A DNA stretch of 64,000 nucleotides from contig CAVTMK010000002.1 in the NCBI GenBank assembly GCA_963735805.1, positions 960,001 to 1,024,000 of the forward strand. Direction: 5' to 3'. The translations under genes were made by a program, and so were the position numbers. Each line of letters starts with the position of its first letter. Position 1 is the first letter of the stretch. The notes beneath the pieces were generated by a model, which did not search any database, was not told the DNA's origin, and worked only from the letters and a program-made list of their open reading frames with translations. The DNA comes from an uncultured Verrucomicrobiae bacterium. GTDB taxonomy: Bacteria > Verrucomicrobiota > Verrucomicrobiia > Chthoniobacterales > UBA10450. This document shows, piece by piece, positions 38,393 to 48,758 of this stretch.

Positions 38393-41296
38393 CTAAATGG
38401 TCTTTGCTTCCTTTGATTCTCCGTCGTGCGCGGGTTTCTCTGGGAATTCGAAACCAACTTTTCCGTCCTCCAATTTCAAGTAGGCGGAGAACGGTCGACC
38501 TCGCTTTGAGATGAAGCCCTCGAGAAGATCGGTTTTCCCCGTTGCTAGTAGCTTCTGCGCCTGCTCGCTTGGAATATCCTTCCCAAGAATCGTCTTGCTT
38601 AGCCTAAATTTGCAGGGTTTTCGGTCAGCCTGGGAGCGCTCACAGATGTAGCTATTCTCTGTTTCAAAAATCCTTCCGCCGCACTTTGGACACTTTCCGA
38701 GCGCCTCTTGTCCTGAAAAATCGATTTTAGCGGCTGGCTCGCTGGGCTTTCGTTCCTTTTTTGCCTTTGGCTCGCGCTTTTCGAATTCGAAGCCTACGTC
38801 TTTCTTGTCGGTAACTACCAGAAACGCTTTGAACGGCCTGCCCTTGCGGGAAATGAACCGCGGTAACAAATCGGTTTTGCCGGCATTGAGCAGTTTTTTG
38901 AGCTGTTCGTGGTCTACCGGTTGTTGAAGGATGACCTTGCCGGCACGAAAGTCGCACGTCTTGTTGGGGCCAACTGAGTTTTCGCAGAGGTAGCTCATTC
39001 CCAGTTCGAAGACGCGACCGCCGCACTTTGGGCATTTGCCAAGCGGCTCCTTTCCCGAAAAATCCACCGATTGCGCGGCGCCGTTCTCCTGACCATTCGG
39101 TCCGAAATCAAATTCAGCCTTGAAGTCGTCGTTTAGCTTAAGCACCGCGGGGAAACGCGTGCCTTTCCTGCTTCGAAAGCCGCTTAACGGCCCGACATGT
39201 TTATCGCGGACGAGGGCTTCAAATTCTTCCCGGCTAAGCAATCGTCCCGCAATTGTCTTCCAAATCGTGAAGTCGCACTCTTCGTTTGTGCAGGTAAAAC
39301 TCTTGAATCGCTCAACGATGGGCGAGCCACACTTTGGGCATTTACCGAAAGGCTCGCTGTCGGGCATGTGGTCATCGGGATGAAAATGCTTCGCCTTTCC
39401 TACGATTTCTTCAGTAAGATGGCGGATGTCGTGCATGAACGCGTCGCGCGTAAGTTTGCGATGCTCGATTTCACGTAAACGAAATTCCCACTCACCGGTA
39501 AGCTCCGGGCTGGTTAATTCGGGCACCGCATTCTTCAAGAGGGTGATCGTTTGGATGGCTTTCGCGGTCGGATGCAATTCCTTTCCGTGTCTGGTGAGGT
39601 AATGCGCTGAAATCAAGGTTTCGATGATTGACGCGCGCGTCGCTGGTGTGCCGAGGCCTTTTTCCTTCATCGCCTCGCGCAACTCCTCGTCTTCCACAAA
39701 TTTTCCCGCAGATTCCATCGCGCTGAGGATGGTCGCCTCGGTATAGCGAGCCGGCGGCTTGGTTTGATCGGTTTTGACGTCGATGCCTATTGCAACGACG
39801 CGTTCACCTTGACTTACGGGAGGGAGGTTTTCTTCCGGTTTTTCGCCGGCCACTTCGCGGCCATAAACTTCCAGCCATCCCGGCGCGATCAGAATTTTTC
39901 CTTCCGTCTTGAATGGTTCGCTTTCTACACGCGTGATCCGAGTCGTGTTCTCAAATTGTGCGGGCGGAAAGAATACGGCCACAAATCGCTTGGCCACCAT
40001 ATCGAAGAGCTTTTGTTCATAATCATCGAGTGAGCGTGAAATGGCGCCGGTTGGAATAATGGCGAAATGATCGCCCACTTTTGCGTCGTTAAAGATACGT
40101 TTGTTGGGCTTAACCCAATTGTTCTCCAGCGCCTTTCGAGCCAATGGATTATCGATCTTGGCCAGCGTCGATCTTACTGTGGGTAGGTAATCCTCCGGCA
40201 ACGCGCGCGAGTCTGTCCGAGGGTAAGTGATCGCTTTGTGCCTCTCGTAAAGGGCCTGCGCGATTTGCAACGTGCGTTTCGCGGAAAAACCGAAGCGATT
40301 GTTCGCTTCGCGCTGCAAGGTCGTAAGATCATACAGTTGCGGCGCGACCTGCGTGGTCGGCTTTTTCTCTTCCAGTTCGACAATTCCTTCCTTGCCACTA
40401 CACCTGTGCTGAATGGCCTCCGCAATTTCGCGATGCCACAATCGCGGCGCGGCGCGGTGCTCGTCCCAAAGGGAGCCATTTGCCGGGTCAAGTTGCTGCT
40501 CGGCCTCAGGCAAATTCAACTGGAACCGATCGAGCAGTCGCTGTGTCCGCTCACTTTCGGTCTCATCTTTCTTGAAGGCTTCATCGAACCATCGTCCTGT
40601 GTATTCGCCTGCTGCGGCCTGAAATTTTCCAATGATCTCACGTAGCTCCCGCGGCTTGAATTCCAGGATCTTTTTCTCGCGATCCACAATGATAGTCAGC
40701 GTGGGCGTCTGGACGCGTCCAAGTGAAGTGACCGTGCTGCCGCGTCCACCGCTAAGTCGCAACGTAAATGCCCGTGTTGAGTTGATACCGACAAGCCAAT
40801 CCGCCTCGTTCCGGCTCCGTGCTGCGCTGGCCAGCGGTTGCATCTCAGCATCGCTACGCAGTCGGGCGAATCCATCGCGAATCGCCTCGGGTGTCATCGA
40901 TTGTAACCAGAGGCGCTTAATTGGCTTCTTTGTGCCGGCGTATTGAACGATGTAGCGGAAAATTAATTCGCCTTCGCGCCCCGCGTCGCATGCGTTGATG
41001 ATGTCCGAAACGTTTTTGTCTTTGATGAGCTTACGAAGAACATTGACCCGGCTGCCCATTTTTTCTGCAGGCGCGAGTTCAAATTCCGCGGGCATGATAG
41101 GCAGTTTCTTCATGTCCCACTTATCCTGCTCTTTCATTGATGCCGGTACCGCGAGCGCGAACAAGTGACCGACTGCCCACGAGATGAGATATTTCTCATT
41201 CTCGTAGTAATCCTTACCTTTCTTGAAGCCACCAAGGGCCTTGGCGATGTCGCCTGCAACGGATGGCTTCTCTGTAATTATGAGAGACTTGGACAT
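38393..41296 (-). CDS. topB: DNA topoisomerase III (type IA) with C-terminal Zn-ribbon repeats
   Basis: EKPSVA, DAGREGELIF, SLGRVQTPTL, ITYPRTDS, repeated GKCPKCG and GFISKRGRPF. Confidence 0.93.
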   Translation of the reverse strand: MSKSLIITEKPSVAGDIAKALGGFKKGKDYYENEKYLISWAVGHLFALAVPASMKEQDKWDMKKLPIMPAEFELAPAEKMGSRVNVLRKLIKDKNVSDIINACDAGREGELIFRYIVQYAGTKKPIKRLWLQSMTPEAIRDGFARLRSDAEMQPLASAARSRNEADWLVGINSTRAFTLRLSGGRGSTVTSLGRVQTPTLTIIVDREKKILEFKPRELREIIGKFQAAAGEYTGRWFDEAFKKDETESERTQRLLDRFQLNLPEAEQQLDPANGSLWDEHRAAPRLWHREIAEAIQHRCSGKEGIVELEEKKPTTQVAPQLYDLTTLQREANNRFGFSAKRTLQIAQALYERHKAITYPRTDSRALPEDYLPTVRSTLAKIDNPLARKALENNWVKPNKRIFNDAKVGDHFAIIPTGAISRSLDDYEQKLFDMVAKRFVAVFFPPAQFENTTRITRVESEPFKTEGKILIAPGWLEVYGREVAGEKPEENLPPVSQGERVVAIGIDVKTDQTKPPARYTEATILSAMESAGKFVEDEELREAMKEKGLGTPATRASIIETLISAHYLTRHGKELHPTAKAIQTITLLKNAVPELTSPELTGEWEFRLREIEHRKLTRDAFMHDIRHLTEEIVGKAKHFHPDDHMPDSEPFGKCPKCGSPIVERFKSFTCTNEECDFTIWKTIAGRLLSREEFEALVRDKHVGPLSGFRSRKGTRFPAVLKLNDDFKAEFDFGPNGQENGAAQSVDFSGKEPLGKCPKCGGRVFELGMSYLCENSVGPNKTCDFRAGKVILQQPVDHEQLKKLLNAGKTDLLPRFISRKGRPFKAFLVVTDKKDVGFEFEKREPKAKKERKPSEPAAKIDFSGQEALGKCPKCGGRIFETENSYICERSQADRKPCKFRLSKTILGKDIPSEQAQKLLATGKTDLLEGFISKRGRPFSAYLKLEDGKVGFEFPEKPAHDGESKEAKTI

Positions 41297-41392
41297 GGGG
41301 GCTGGGAATCGAACCCAGTTACAGGACTTTTGCAAGTGGGAGCACGTTTTGAGCGTGCGTGCCCCCGGGGGAAGGCATGTGTAACGTAATGT

Positions 41393-42493
41393 TTATCCCA
41401 GCTTTACAAAATATTTGCCGGGCAATTGCTTGACCAAACGCTTCAGTTCTAATTGCAACAGAGTCGATGAAACCGTCCCACTCGGCAGATGTGTTTTCTC
41501 TGTGATGTCATCAATCGATGTTTCAGTTTGTTCGATGGCGTCATAAATACGGCGCTCGTACTCGGAGAGCAGCGGCAAGGGACGTGCCGCTGCCTCGGGC
41601 GAAGGTTTTGTCTCCGGGAGAAGAATCTGTAAGTCGTCCAGGACATCGCTGGCGTCCATGACGAGTTTCGCGCCTTGCTGAATGAGCCGGTTGGATCCAA
41701 TTGCGCTCGGCGCGTTGATGTGGCCGGGAACCGCGTAAACTGATCGGCCCTGTTCGAGCGCCTGCGACGCAGTGATGAGCGCGCCGCTATTCAAGCCCGC
41801 CTCCACCACGAGAACCCCATGACTCCAGCCGGAAATGATCCGGTTGCGCATTGGAAACGTTTGGCGATCTGGTTCGATTTCCATCGAAAATTCGGACACG
41901 ATCGCCCCATTTCCTGCTCGAATTTTTTCGGCAAGCGCAGCGTTCTCTGGCGGATAGAGTCTCGCCAATCCGGAGCCGATCACGGCGATCGTGCGCCCCT
42001 TAGCCGCCAGCGCTCCTTGGTGTGCCGCCGTGTCGATCCCGCGAGCAAGTCCGCTGATAACAGTCAATCCCGCGTAGGCCAGCTGGTATGCCAGCTTTTT
42101 CGCAGATTCGACGCCGTAATGCGTAGTGCGCCGCGCGCCGATGATTCCAATTGCATGATGGTCGCGCTGCTGCAGTTCGCCCCAGACATACAGCACAATT
42201 GGTGGCGCATGAATCTCACGCAGCGGCTTGGGATATGATGGCGACCCCTGCGTGATGACTGTGGCTCCGAATTCCCGAACCCGGTCGAGCTCCGCGTCAA
42301 GATCGACAGTCGATTCCCAGTCGCTAATTTGATCGGCCACTTCACTACCGATTCCTTCGATTTTTCGAAGATCGTTGCGCTTTGCGGCGAGGATTCGTTG
42401 GGGTTCCTTGAATACTTCCAGTAATCTTCGCAGCCGCACAGGTCCGACCGTTGGCAGCATGTTGAGCGCGATACATGCTTCGGTCGCGTTCAT
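41393..42493 (-). CDS. dprA: DNA-processing protein DprA
   Basis: SGLARGIDTAAH, FPMRNRIISG, SGALITA; C-terminal winged helix. Confidence 0.96.
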   Translation of the reverse strand: MNATEACIALNMLPTVGPVRLRRLLEVFKEPQRILAAKRNDLRKIEGIGSEVADQISDWESTVDLDAELDRVREFGATVITQGSPSYPKPLREIHAPPIVLYVWGELQQRDHHAIGIIGARRTTHYGVESAKKLAYQLAYAGLTVISGLARGIDTAAHQGALAAKGRTIAVIGSGLARLYPPENAALAEKIRAGNGAIVSEFSMEIEPDRQTFPMRNRIISGWSHGVLVVEAGLNSGALITASQALEQGRSVYAVPGHINAPSAIGSNRLIQQGAKLVMDASDVLDDLQILLPETKPSPEAAARPLPLLSEYERRIYDAIEQTETSIDDITEKTHLPSGTVSSTLLQLELKRLVKQLPGKYFVKLG

Positions 42494-42526
42494 TTGTAGG
42501 TCGCAAGCTGAAGGCTCGCGCTGTTT

Positions 42527-42985
42527 CTAGAAGGGAATTTCGTCGTCGTCCGGCTCAGCTCGTGCAGGGCCTTTGGGCGGCGCCGCCGCTTTGCTGCCAG
42601 CCCCTGTAGCAGGTCGATCTTCTTCCGTTGTCTCACCTGAGGCGCCACCGGGACGGCCGCCTAGCAATTGCATGCTCTCACCCACGACGCGAAGTTTGGT
42701 TCGCTTTTGCCCAGTCTGCTTATCATCCCAGCTGTCCATTTGCAGACGACCTTCGATGAAAATCGGCCTGCCTTTTTTTAAATATTCGCCGGCGATTTCG
42801 GCCAGGCGCGCCCACAGGACAACATCGACAAAGGTGACTTCTTCGCGTCTTTCCCCGCCCTCAGTGGTGTAAACGCGATTGACTGCGATGCCAAGGTCGC
42901 ATACCGCACTGCCCTTTGGGGTGTACCGCACTTCCGGGTCGCGCGTGAGATTTCCGAGCAGAATGACTTTATTGAAACTGGCCAT
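42527..42985 (-). CDS. ssb: Single-stranded DNA-binding protein
   Basis: NKVILLGNLTRDPE, C-terminal DDDEIPF. Confidence 0.98.
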   Translation of the reverse strand: MASFNKVILLGNLTRDPEVRYTPKGSAVCDLGIAVNRVYTTEGGERREEVTFVDVVLWARLAEIAGEYLKKGRPIFIEGRLQMDSWDDKQTGQKRTKLRVVGESMQLLGGRPGGASGETTEEDRPATGAGSKAAAPPKGPARAEPDDDEIPF

Positions 42986-43003
42986 TCCCGGCTTATATCC
43001 AAA

Positions 43004-43330
43004 TCACTTCGATCTGGCCACCTTTTTCCGCTTTTCCTTCTTTTCGTGAATACGCTGGTAATTCTGGCGGTAGACCTCCGGATCCAGCTTGAACTTCGAT
43101 CGCAGCTTCGCAATCGAATCCGGCTCGGCATTGAAGACAAAGTTTACATAATAGCCCGCGCCGAGTGATCCAGCGGCGTAGGAAAACTGCCGTTTATCCA
43201 TTTTCTGCACCTGTTCGATCTGGGCGCCTTCTTGTTGAAACTCGGATTCCAATCGATCGATAATTTCTTTAACGGTCTCTTCCCGTCCCTGAGCGTTTAG
43301 CACGAGCAGAGCTTCATAGTGGTGCTTCAT
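43004..43330 (-). CDS. rpsF: 30S ribosomal protein S6
   Basis: HYEALLVL, KRQFSY, GYYVNF; directly before ssb. Confidence 0.9.
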   Translation of the reverse strand: MKHHYEALLVLNAQGREETVKEIIDRLESEFQQEGAQIEQVQKMDKRQFSYAAGSLGAGYYVNFVFNAEPDSIAKLRSKFKLDPEVYRQNYQRIHEKKEKRKKVARSK

Positions 43331-43332
43331 AG

Positions 43333-43902
43333 TTATTCAGTTTTGTTGAAAATGTTCATCGCGGAAATAAGGTCGTTGTCAATCGCACATTTCACTGCTT
43401 CTGCTGCCCGATCGATTGTGGACCCAACAAGCGACTTTTCCTCCTCAAAGAAACGGCTCAATACGTAATCGGCGGATGCCGCCGGCGGAGCCGCTCCGAT
43501 TCCGATCCGAAGACGCGGAATTTCCTCGGTACCAAATTGGATAATGACGGATTCGAGACCGTTGTGGCCACCTGATCCTCCGTCGAGCCTCAATCTCAGG
43601 CGGCCCAGCGGCAGCGCCGTGTCATCAAGCACCACAAGAATCTCTGGCGGTTCGATCTTGTAAAACTGCGCTATAGCCTGCAGCGGGTATCCACTCCGGT
43701 TCATGTAGCTTGTCGGTTTTGCCAGAAACACATCTCCGGCTTTGGCCAATAAGGCGTCCCACCTTGTCGATTTTTCCCAAGTCGATCGAAACTGCGCGGC
43801 CAGTTGATCAGCTACCATGAAGCCAATGTTGTGCCTCGTGGCGGCGTATTCTGGCCCCGGGTTTCCAAGCCCGGCAACCAATCGAATTGACGATTCTTCC
43901 AC
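43333..43902 (-). CDS. pth: Peptidyl-tRNA hydrolase
   Basis: GLGNPGPEY, TRHNIGF, KPTSYMNRSG, GGHNGL. Confidence 0.97.
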   Translation of the reverse strand: MEESSIRLVAGLGNPGPEYAATRHNIGFMVADQLAAQFRSTWEKSTRWDALLAKAGDVFLAKPTSYMNRSGYPLQAIAQFYKIEPPEILVVLDDTALPLGRLRLRLDGGSGGHNGLESVIIQFGTEEIPRLRIGIGAAPPAASADYVLSRFFEEEKSLVGSTIDRAAEAVKCAIDNDLISAMNIFNKTE

Positions 43903-43967
43903 GTCTGCTCAACCAGCGATCCGGACCGAGTCGGACTGGCATTTTTCGCAATCTGCAATCAAAAAGA

Positions 43968-44678
43968 CTACTTCTTTTGCTCTTTTTCCTTTGGAGCCTT
44001 TTCCTTCGCAGCCGGCGCGGCACCAGATGCCTCGCCCTCTTCCTTCTTCTCAGTGATAACTTCCGGTCCCGCCGCGGCCGCTTCGGCCTCAACGGCAGCT
44101 GGTTCCTCTTCAACAACTGGAGCCAGAACCGAAAATACCGTCAAATCCACTGGCACCTTTGCCGTGACTCCAGATGGAAGTTGAATGTCACGCACGTGAA
44201 TCGAGTCGCCGATGTTCAATTGCGACACATCGACGGTAATTCGATCTGGCAAATCGCGAGGCAAACACTCGATGGCGAGAGACCGCAGACTCTGCTCAAG
44301 CAGTCCACCGAAAGTCTTTACGCCGACGGGAGTGCCGCTCGGTTCCAGGGGAACTTCAGCTTGAATGGTTTCATCCATCGATATGGCGTGAAAATCGACA
44401 TGGACGATCTCGCCACCCACCGGTGAATGCTGGACTTCCTGCACCAGCGCTGCTCGGTTTGATTTTTCGCCAGCGATCTCAAGCTCAACCAAGACGTTTT
44501 CGCCCGAGGCGTGGCTCATCATGGCATTGATGTCGCGAGCAGCGACCTGCAAAGACTGTGACTTAACTTTTCCTCCGTAAATGACGGCTGGAATAATTCC
44601 GCGGTCTCGTAGCTTGCGCACGCCCGACCGGCCCACATCGCTTCGAGGCTCTGCTTTTAATTTAACCTGTTTTGCCAT
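43968..44678 (-). CDS. rplY: 50S ribosomal protein L25/Ctc
   Basis: IPAVIYG, HVDF, IGDSIHVRDI. Confidence 0.96.
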   Translation of the reverse strand: MAKQVKLKAEPRSDVGRSGVRKLRDRGIIPAVIYGGKVKSQSLQVAARDINAMMSHASGENVLVELEIAGEKSNRAALVQEVQHSPVGGEIVHVDFHAISMDETIQAEVPLEPSGTPVGVKTFGGLLEQSLRSLAIECLPRDLPDRITVDVSQLNIGDSIHVRDIQLPSGVTAKVPVDLTVFSVLAPVVEEEPAAVEAEAAAAGPEVITEKKEEGEASGAAPAAKEKAPKEKEQKK

Positions 44679-45636
44679 TTGTTCCGTCCTCTATATTAAA
44701 CAGCGACGACACAGACTCATCATTGTGAATCCGCTTGATGCCTTCCCCGAGAAGCTCGGAAATGCATAGCACCGTGGTTTTAAACCCTTTCACAGTGCGC
44801 ACAGGCGTGCTGTTCGTGGTTACTAATTCCGCAATTTGAGACTTTTGCAAACGCTCGATTGCGATATCCACCAGCACAGCGTGCGAGACGCCGGCGTAAA
44901 TTTTCTTCGCGCCGCGTTTTTTCAAAAGCTCCGCAGCTGAGGTCAACGTGCCAGCTGTCTCAGTGAGGTCGTCAACTAGAAGAATATCGCGCCCTTCTAC
45001 TTCGCCGATGAGGTATAATGCCTCGGTTTCCGTGGCGCTCCGGCGTTCCTTTGCCACAATCGCGAGGCTCGCACGTAACGCCTCCGCGTAAGCCGAAGCC
45101 ATTTTGAGTCCGCCCAAGTCTGGGGAAACGACCGTCGTTTTACTCTTAAGCTCTTTTCGCAAATACTTGATCAAAACCGGGAGCGAGTAGAGGTGATCTA
45201 CCGGAATGTCGAAGAATCCCTGCACCTGTTGGGCGTGGAGGTCCATGGTGAGGACGCGGTTCACTCCCGAGGCATGCAGCAAATTTGCTACCAGCTTGGC
45301 TGTAATCGGCACACGGGGTTGATCCTTTCGGTCCTGGCGTGCGTATCCGAAGAACGGGATCACCGCAGTGATCCGATCGGCACTGGCACGCCTCGCTGCG
45401 TCCACCATAATCAGCAACTCCATTAGATGCTGGTTCGTGGGCGGGCAGGTCGGCTGAATGATGAAAACGTCATGGCCGCGGATGTTTTCCTCGATTTTTA
45501 CGTACGTCTCGCTGTCGGGAAACGAGCTGATCGTTGCCCGGCCCAGTGGCACACCAACGTATTGGCAAATGCGCTTGGCCAGATCGGGGTTGGCGGAACC
45601 GCTGAAAATTTTTAATTCCGGTTGGAGAGCGAACAT
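44662..45636 (-). CDS. prs: Ribose-phosphate pyrophosphokinase
   Basis: FGYARQDRK, MDLHAQQ, VSPDLGG, VDDLTETAGT. Confidence 0.97.
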   Translation of the reverse strand: MFALQPELKIFSGSANPDLAKRICQYVGVPLGRATISSFPDSETYVKIEENIRGHDVFIIQPTCPPTNQHLMELLIMVDAARRASADRITAVIPFFGYARQDRKDQPRVPITAKLVANLLHASGVNRVLTMDLHAQQVQGFFDIPVDHLYSLPVLIKYLRKELKSKTTVVSPDLGGLKMASAYAEALRASLAIVAKERRSATETEALYLIGEVEGRDILLVDDLTETAGTLTSAAELLKKRGAKKIYAGVSHAVLVDIAIERLQKSQIAELVTTNSTPVRTVKGFKTTVLCISELLGEGIKRIHNDESVSSLFNIEDGTNGKTG

Positions 45637-45733
45637 GAAGCGGCTAACTTAGGCGTTTGGCAATGCCCTTGGCAATCTTCAAAACTTGCCAATCAACTTT
45701 CTGTGGCGAAGTTTCAATACCCCGTTTTCTCAA

Positions 45734-46687
45734 ATGAGTGCCGAAGTTATTCGAATAGAGCGGCCCACAACGACCTCAAGGTTGTTTGCACATACTCGCT
45801 GGGATGCTATCCCCGCGTTGGCCGGCCTGTTTCACTTGGCTTATTTCGTTGGGCTCTTCTTCCTCTATCCGCATGCGCCGTTGTGGGTGATGCTAATCCT
45901 CGGGTTCATTTATTCGTTGATGGTCAATGCGAACATCAATGGGGTAGGGCATAACTTCATTCACAATCCGTTCTTCCGCTCCAAGACTCTGAATCGCATT
46001 TTTGGAGTGACACAATCAGTCGCTTGCTGTTTTTCACAGACGATGTACGACGCCGTGCACATGCAGCATCACAAGGGAAATTCCGATCGCCAGAGTGAAA
46101 ACGGCGATACTATTGATTGGTTGTCAATTTATCGTCATGGCCATGACGGCGAGGCAGAAAGTCCATGGCGCTACGTGTTTCTAAGTTTCTTTCGAGACGA
46201 CGTGGGAGCAATTCATCGAGAGCTGCGCAAACGCAAGAACGGCGATCTTTTCTGGGGCAACCTCGAGTTGGCTGCTTTCGCGACCGCACTCTTCGTGATG
46301 TTTCTGTTCAACTGGCGGTATGTGATTTTTTTCCTCTTGCCGTTCTGGTACCTCGGCCACTGCTTCAGTTATCTCAATGGCTATTATCGGCATTATGGAG
46401 CGAATCCGGATAAACCGATTGCCTGGGGTGTCAGCAGCTATGGAAAAATCTACAACTGGCTATTTTTCTACAATGGTTACCATGCCGAGCATCATTTTCG
46501 GCCCAAAGTGCATTGGACAAAGATGGAAACATTTCATCACAGCATCGAAGAGCTGCAAAAACAGGAAGGCGTTCGCACAATCAAGCGTGCCCACATGCTC
46601 GGTTTTCTGGATCCCGATTTGCCGAAACGCGGGGAATCCGGCCACACAGGTGTAGCCGCGTTTGTGTCGAACGCCGATTCCAAATAA
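45734..46687 (+). CDS. Membrane fatty-acid desaturase-family protein
   Basis: Three His boxes: HNFIH, HMQHH, HAEHH. Confidence 0.88.
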   Translation: MSAEVIRIERPTTTSRLFAHTRWDAIPALAGLFHLAYFVGLFFLYPHAPLWVMLILGFIYSLMVNANINGVGHNFIHNPFFRSKTLNRIFGVTQSVACCFSQTMYDAVHMQHHKGNSDRQSENGDTIDWLSIYRHGHDGEAESPWRYVFLSFFRDDVGAIHRELRKRKNGDLFWGNLELAAFATALFVMFLFNWRYVIFFLLPFWYLGHCFSYLNGYYRHYGANPDKPIAWGVSSYGKIYNWLFFYNGYHAEHHFRPKVHWTKMETFHHSIEELQKQEGVRTIKRAHMLGFLDPDLPKRGESGHTGVAAFVSNADSK

Positions 46688-46718
46688 CCAGACTGTGCGC
46701 CCGCCGCGGCGAACACTC

Positions 46719-47009
46719 CTACGGCGACTTGCTAAAGTTCTTACGCAACTTTTCCTTTTTGGTCTCGCATTCTTCCTGCAACCGCCGGATTTCCGAGGCG
46801 AGCTGTTTCTCGAGTGATTGCATCTCTTCGAGCTTTCCGGCGAGCTGCGTTTTGTTAATTTGGTCTTTCAAGAAGACTTCCCGCTCAGCTATCTTCGCCC
46901 GATAAACGGAATCGAGTTGCGCGATTTCTTTCTTCTGATCGTCGCTAAGCGAGATAGATGGTGACTCTTTTGCAAGCCGCTCCATCGCCAATTCATAAGC
47001 TGACTTCAT
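46719..47009 (-). CDS. Hypothetical coiled-coil protein
   Basis: MKSAYELAMERL N-terminus, helical and charged. Confidence 0.75.
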   Translation of the reverse strand: MKSAYELAMERLAKESPSISLSDDQKKEIAQLDSVYRAKIAEREVFLKDQINKTQLAGKLEEMQSLEKQLASEIRRLQEECETKKEKLRKNFSKSP

Positions 47010-47074
47010 TCGTCGATCCTGGTTCCTACTAATCGACGCATTGCATGTCTGAAATCAATTCCTAAGTTGATTCG

Positions 47075-47854
47075 ATGTCTTCGCGACTTCAATTACTCAG
47101 CACCGATTTCGACGGTACTCTCATTTCGCACCTGGGCGAACCAGCTCTGAATCGACAGTGTATGGAATTGATTCGCGAACTGCAGGGTGCAGGTGCGATC
47201 TGGGCAATTAACACTGGGCGCTCGGTTGATTTACTCGAATCTGGACTTGCCAGGTTTGATTTCGAGATTCGTCCGGATTTCATTCTGACAACTGAGCGCG
47301 ATGTTTTTCGCCCAGGCGGAAACGGGAATAAATGGGAGCCGTTCGGTGACTGGAACGACCGCTGCGCACGCGATCACGCTGAATTATTCTCTTCGTCCCA
47401 GCGCGTTCTCGCGGAAGTAATCGACTTTGTGGCTCAAGAAACAAAGGCGCGTCTCATTTACGATTCCGATCAACTCGAAGGTCTTGCTGCAGAAAACGAG
47501 GAAGAGATCGAAGCCATTGCCAAATTTATCCAGCAGGCACGAGGCGGGCATCCCAAGTTTGATTACCAACGGAATGGCGTTTATCTACGTTTTTGCCACG
47601 CCGATTATCACAAAGGGGCGGCGCTTCGTGAGTTGGCGCGCTTAATCGACGTTCCGCGGGATAACATTTTCGCGTCTGGCGACCATCACAACGATATCTC
47701 AATGTTAGATGGAAAAATTGCGGCGATGCCATCCTGCCCTGCAAATGCAATTCCACAGGTACAAAGCGCAGTGAGGAGTGCAGGCGGCTACGTGGCGCAA
47801 CAAGAGCATGGTGCGGGTGTCTTTGAAGCACTGCGCTACTTTGCGGAAAGCTAA
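47075..47854 (+). CDS. HAD-superfamily IIB phosphatase
   Basis: DFDGT, NTGR, KG, GDHHND.SM. Confidence 0.88.
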   Translation: MSSRLQLLSTDFDGTLISHLGEPALNRQCMELIRELQGAGAIWAINTGRSVDLLESGLARFDFEIRPDFILTTERDVFRPGGNGNKWEPFGDWNDRCARDHAELFSSSQRVLAEVIDFVAQETKARLIYDSDQLEGLAAENEEEIEAIAKFIQQARGGHPKFDYQRNGVYLRFCHADYHKGAALRELARLIDVPRDNIFASGDHHNDISMLDGKIAAMPSCPANAIPQVQSAVRSAGGYVAQQEHGAGVFEALRYFAES

Positions 47855-47887
47855 GAGGTTAAAAGGTCAAAACTTTTGGCTTTGTAA

Positions 47888-48622
47888 CTATTCGATTTTC
47901 GCAGTAGCCAGCGCGAGCGGCACGTCGGCTTCGATTTTCCCAGCGAAGCGATTCGTCATGTATGTGAGGAGCAACACCCAAAAAGTAAGCGCTAGCCCGA
48001 ACAGTGGGAATTGGAGCGCAAGCGGCAGCGAATAGATAATTGCCATCAGCGGAATCCAGACTGCCCACGTAGCGAGCAATGTGGGAATGATTTTGTCGCG
48101 GTAATGCTCCCATGTGAAAAGGTCGCGAATGGGCTGGAGCGAGATACCACTGTTCTTCCATTCGTAAGTCAGCACGCCGAACGGAGCCGCAAAAAGGGGA
48201 TTGTATCCAAATTGATCGACGCAAATTTTAGCTGCGACAACCGGCAGCGTTGCGACATCTCCAAACCACCCCGCTTGGCTCCGGTACAAAAGATCAACAA
48301 GTATCCCATCGAGTCCCCATACCGGCACAGTGAAAAGCAAATTGCGAAGATTCCGACGGCTGGGCCGACTTTGCTGAAAGAAAAAAATCAAAAACAACTC
48401 CGGGACGAGCGCACCCGCTGCCACCGAAGCTACAATGACAAACAGGATACCGTGTGCACGCTTTAGTTCAGCCAGTTGGGAAAGGAGATGGAACGCGGTG
48501 TGACTGGTGTAGAAAGCCGCAAGCAAGATCAACATCAGCCCTTGGATAATTAGCGCCGGTAATGCGTTGGCTCGCGCCGCTTCCCAACCAAGGCTGAGCG
48601 GCGAGCGTGTTCTATACGTCAT
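47888..48622 (-). CDS. Mpv17/PMP22-like membrane protein
   Basis: KICVDQFGYNP and WAVWIP...YSLP...Q motifs; multiple TM segments. Confidence 0.65.
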   Translation of the reverse strand: MTYRTRSPLSLGWEAARANALPALIIQGLMLILLAAFYTSHTAFHLLSQLAELKRAHGILFVIVASVAAGALVPELFLIFFFQQSRPSRRNLRNLLFTVPVWGLDGILVDLLYRSQAGWFGDVATLPVVAAKICVDQFGYNPLFAAPFGVLTYEWKNSGISLQPIRDLFTWEHYRDKIIPTLLATWAVWIPLMAIIYSLPLALQFPLFGLALTFWVLLLTYMTNRFAGKIEADVPLALATAKIE

Positions 48623-48758
48623 CGCCGGTGAGTGTTCTCAGTGCTTCGGCGCGATCAAGCAGAAATCGCTGCCGGCAGAGAGCCCGAATGTTTTTGGATC
48701 ACTCTTTCCGACGCCCACGAGGCCATTCGTCACAGGACATATGTCACGGTGTTGATTA

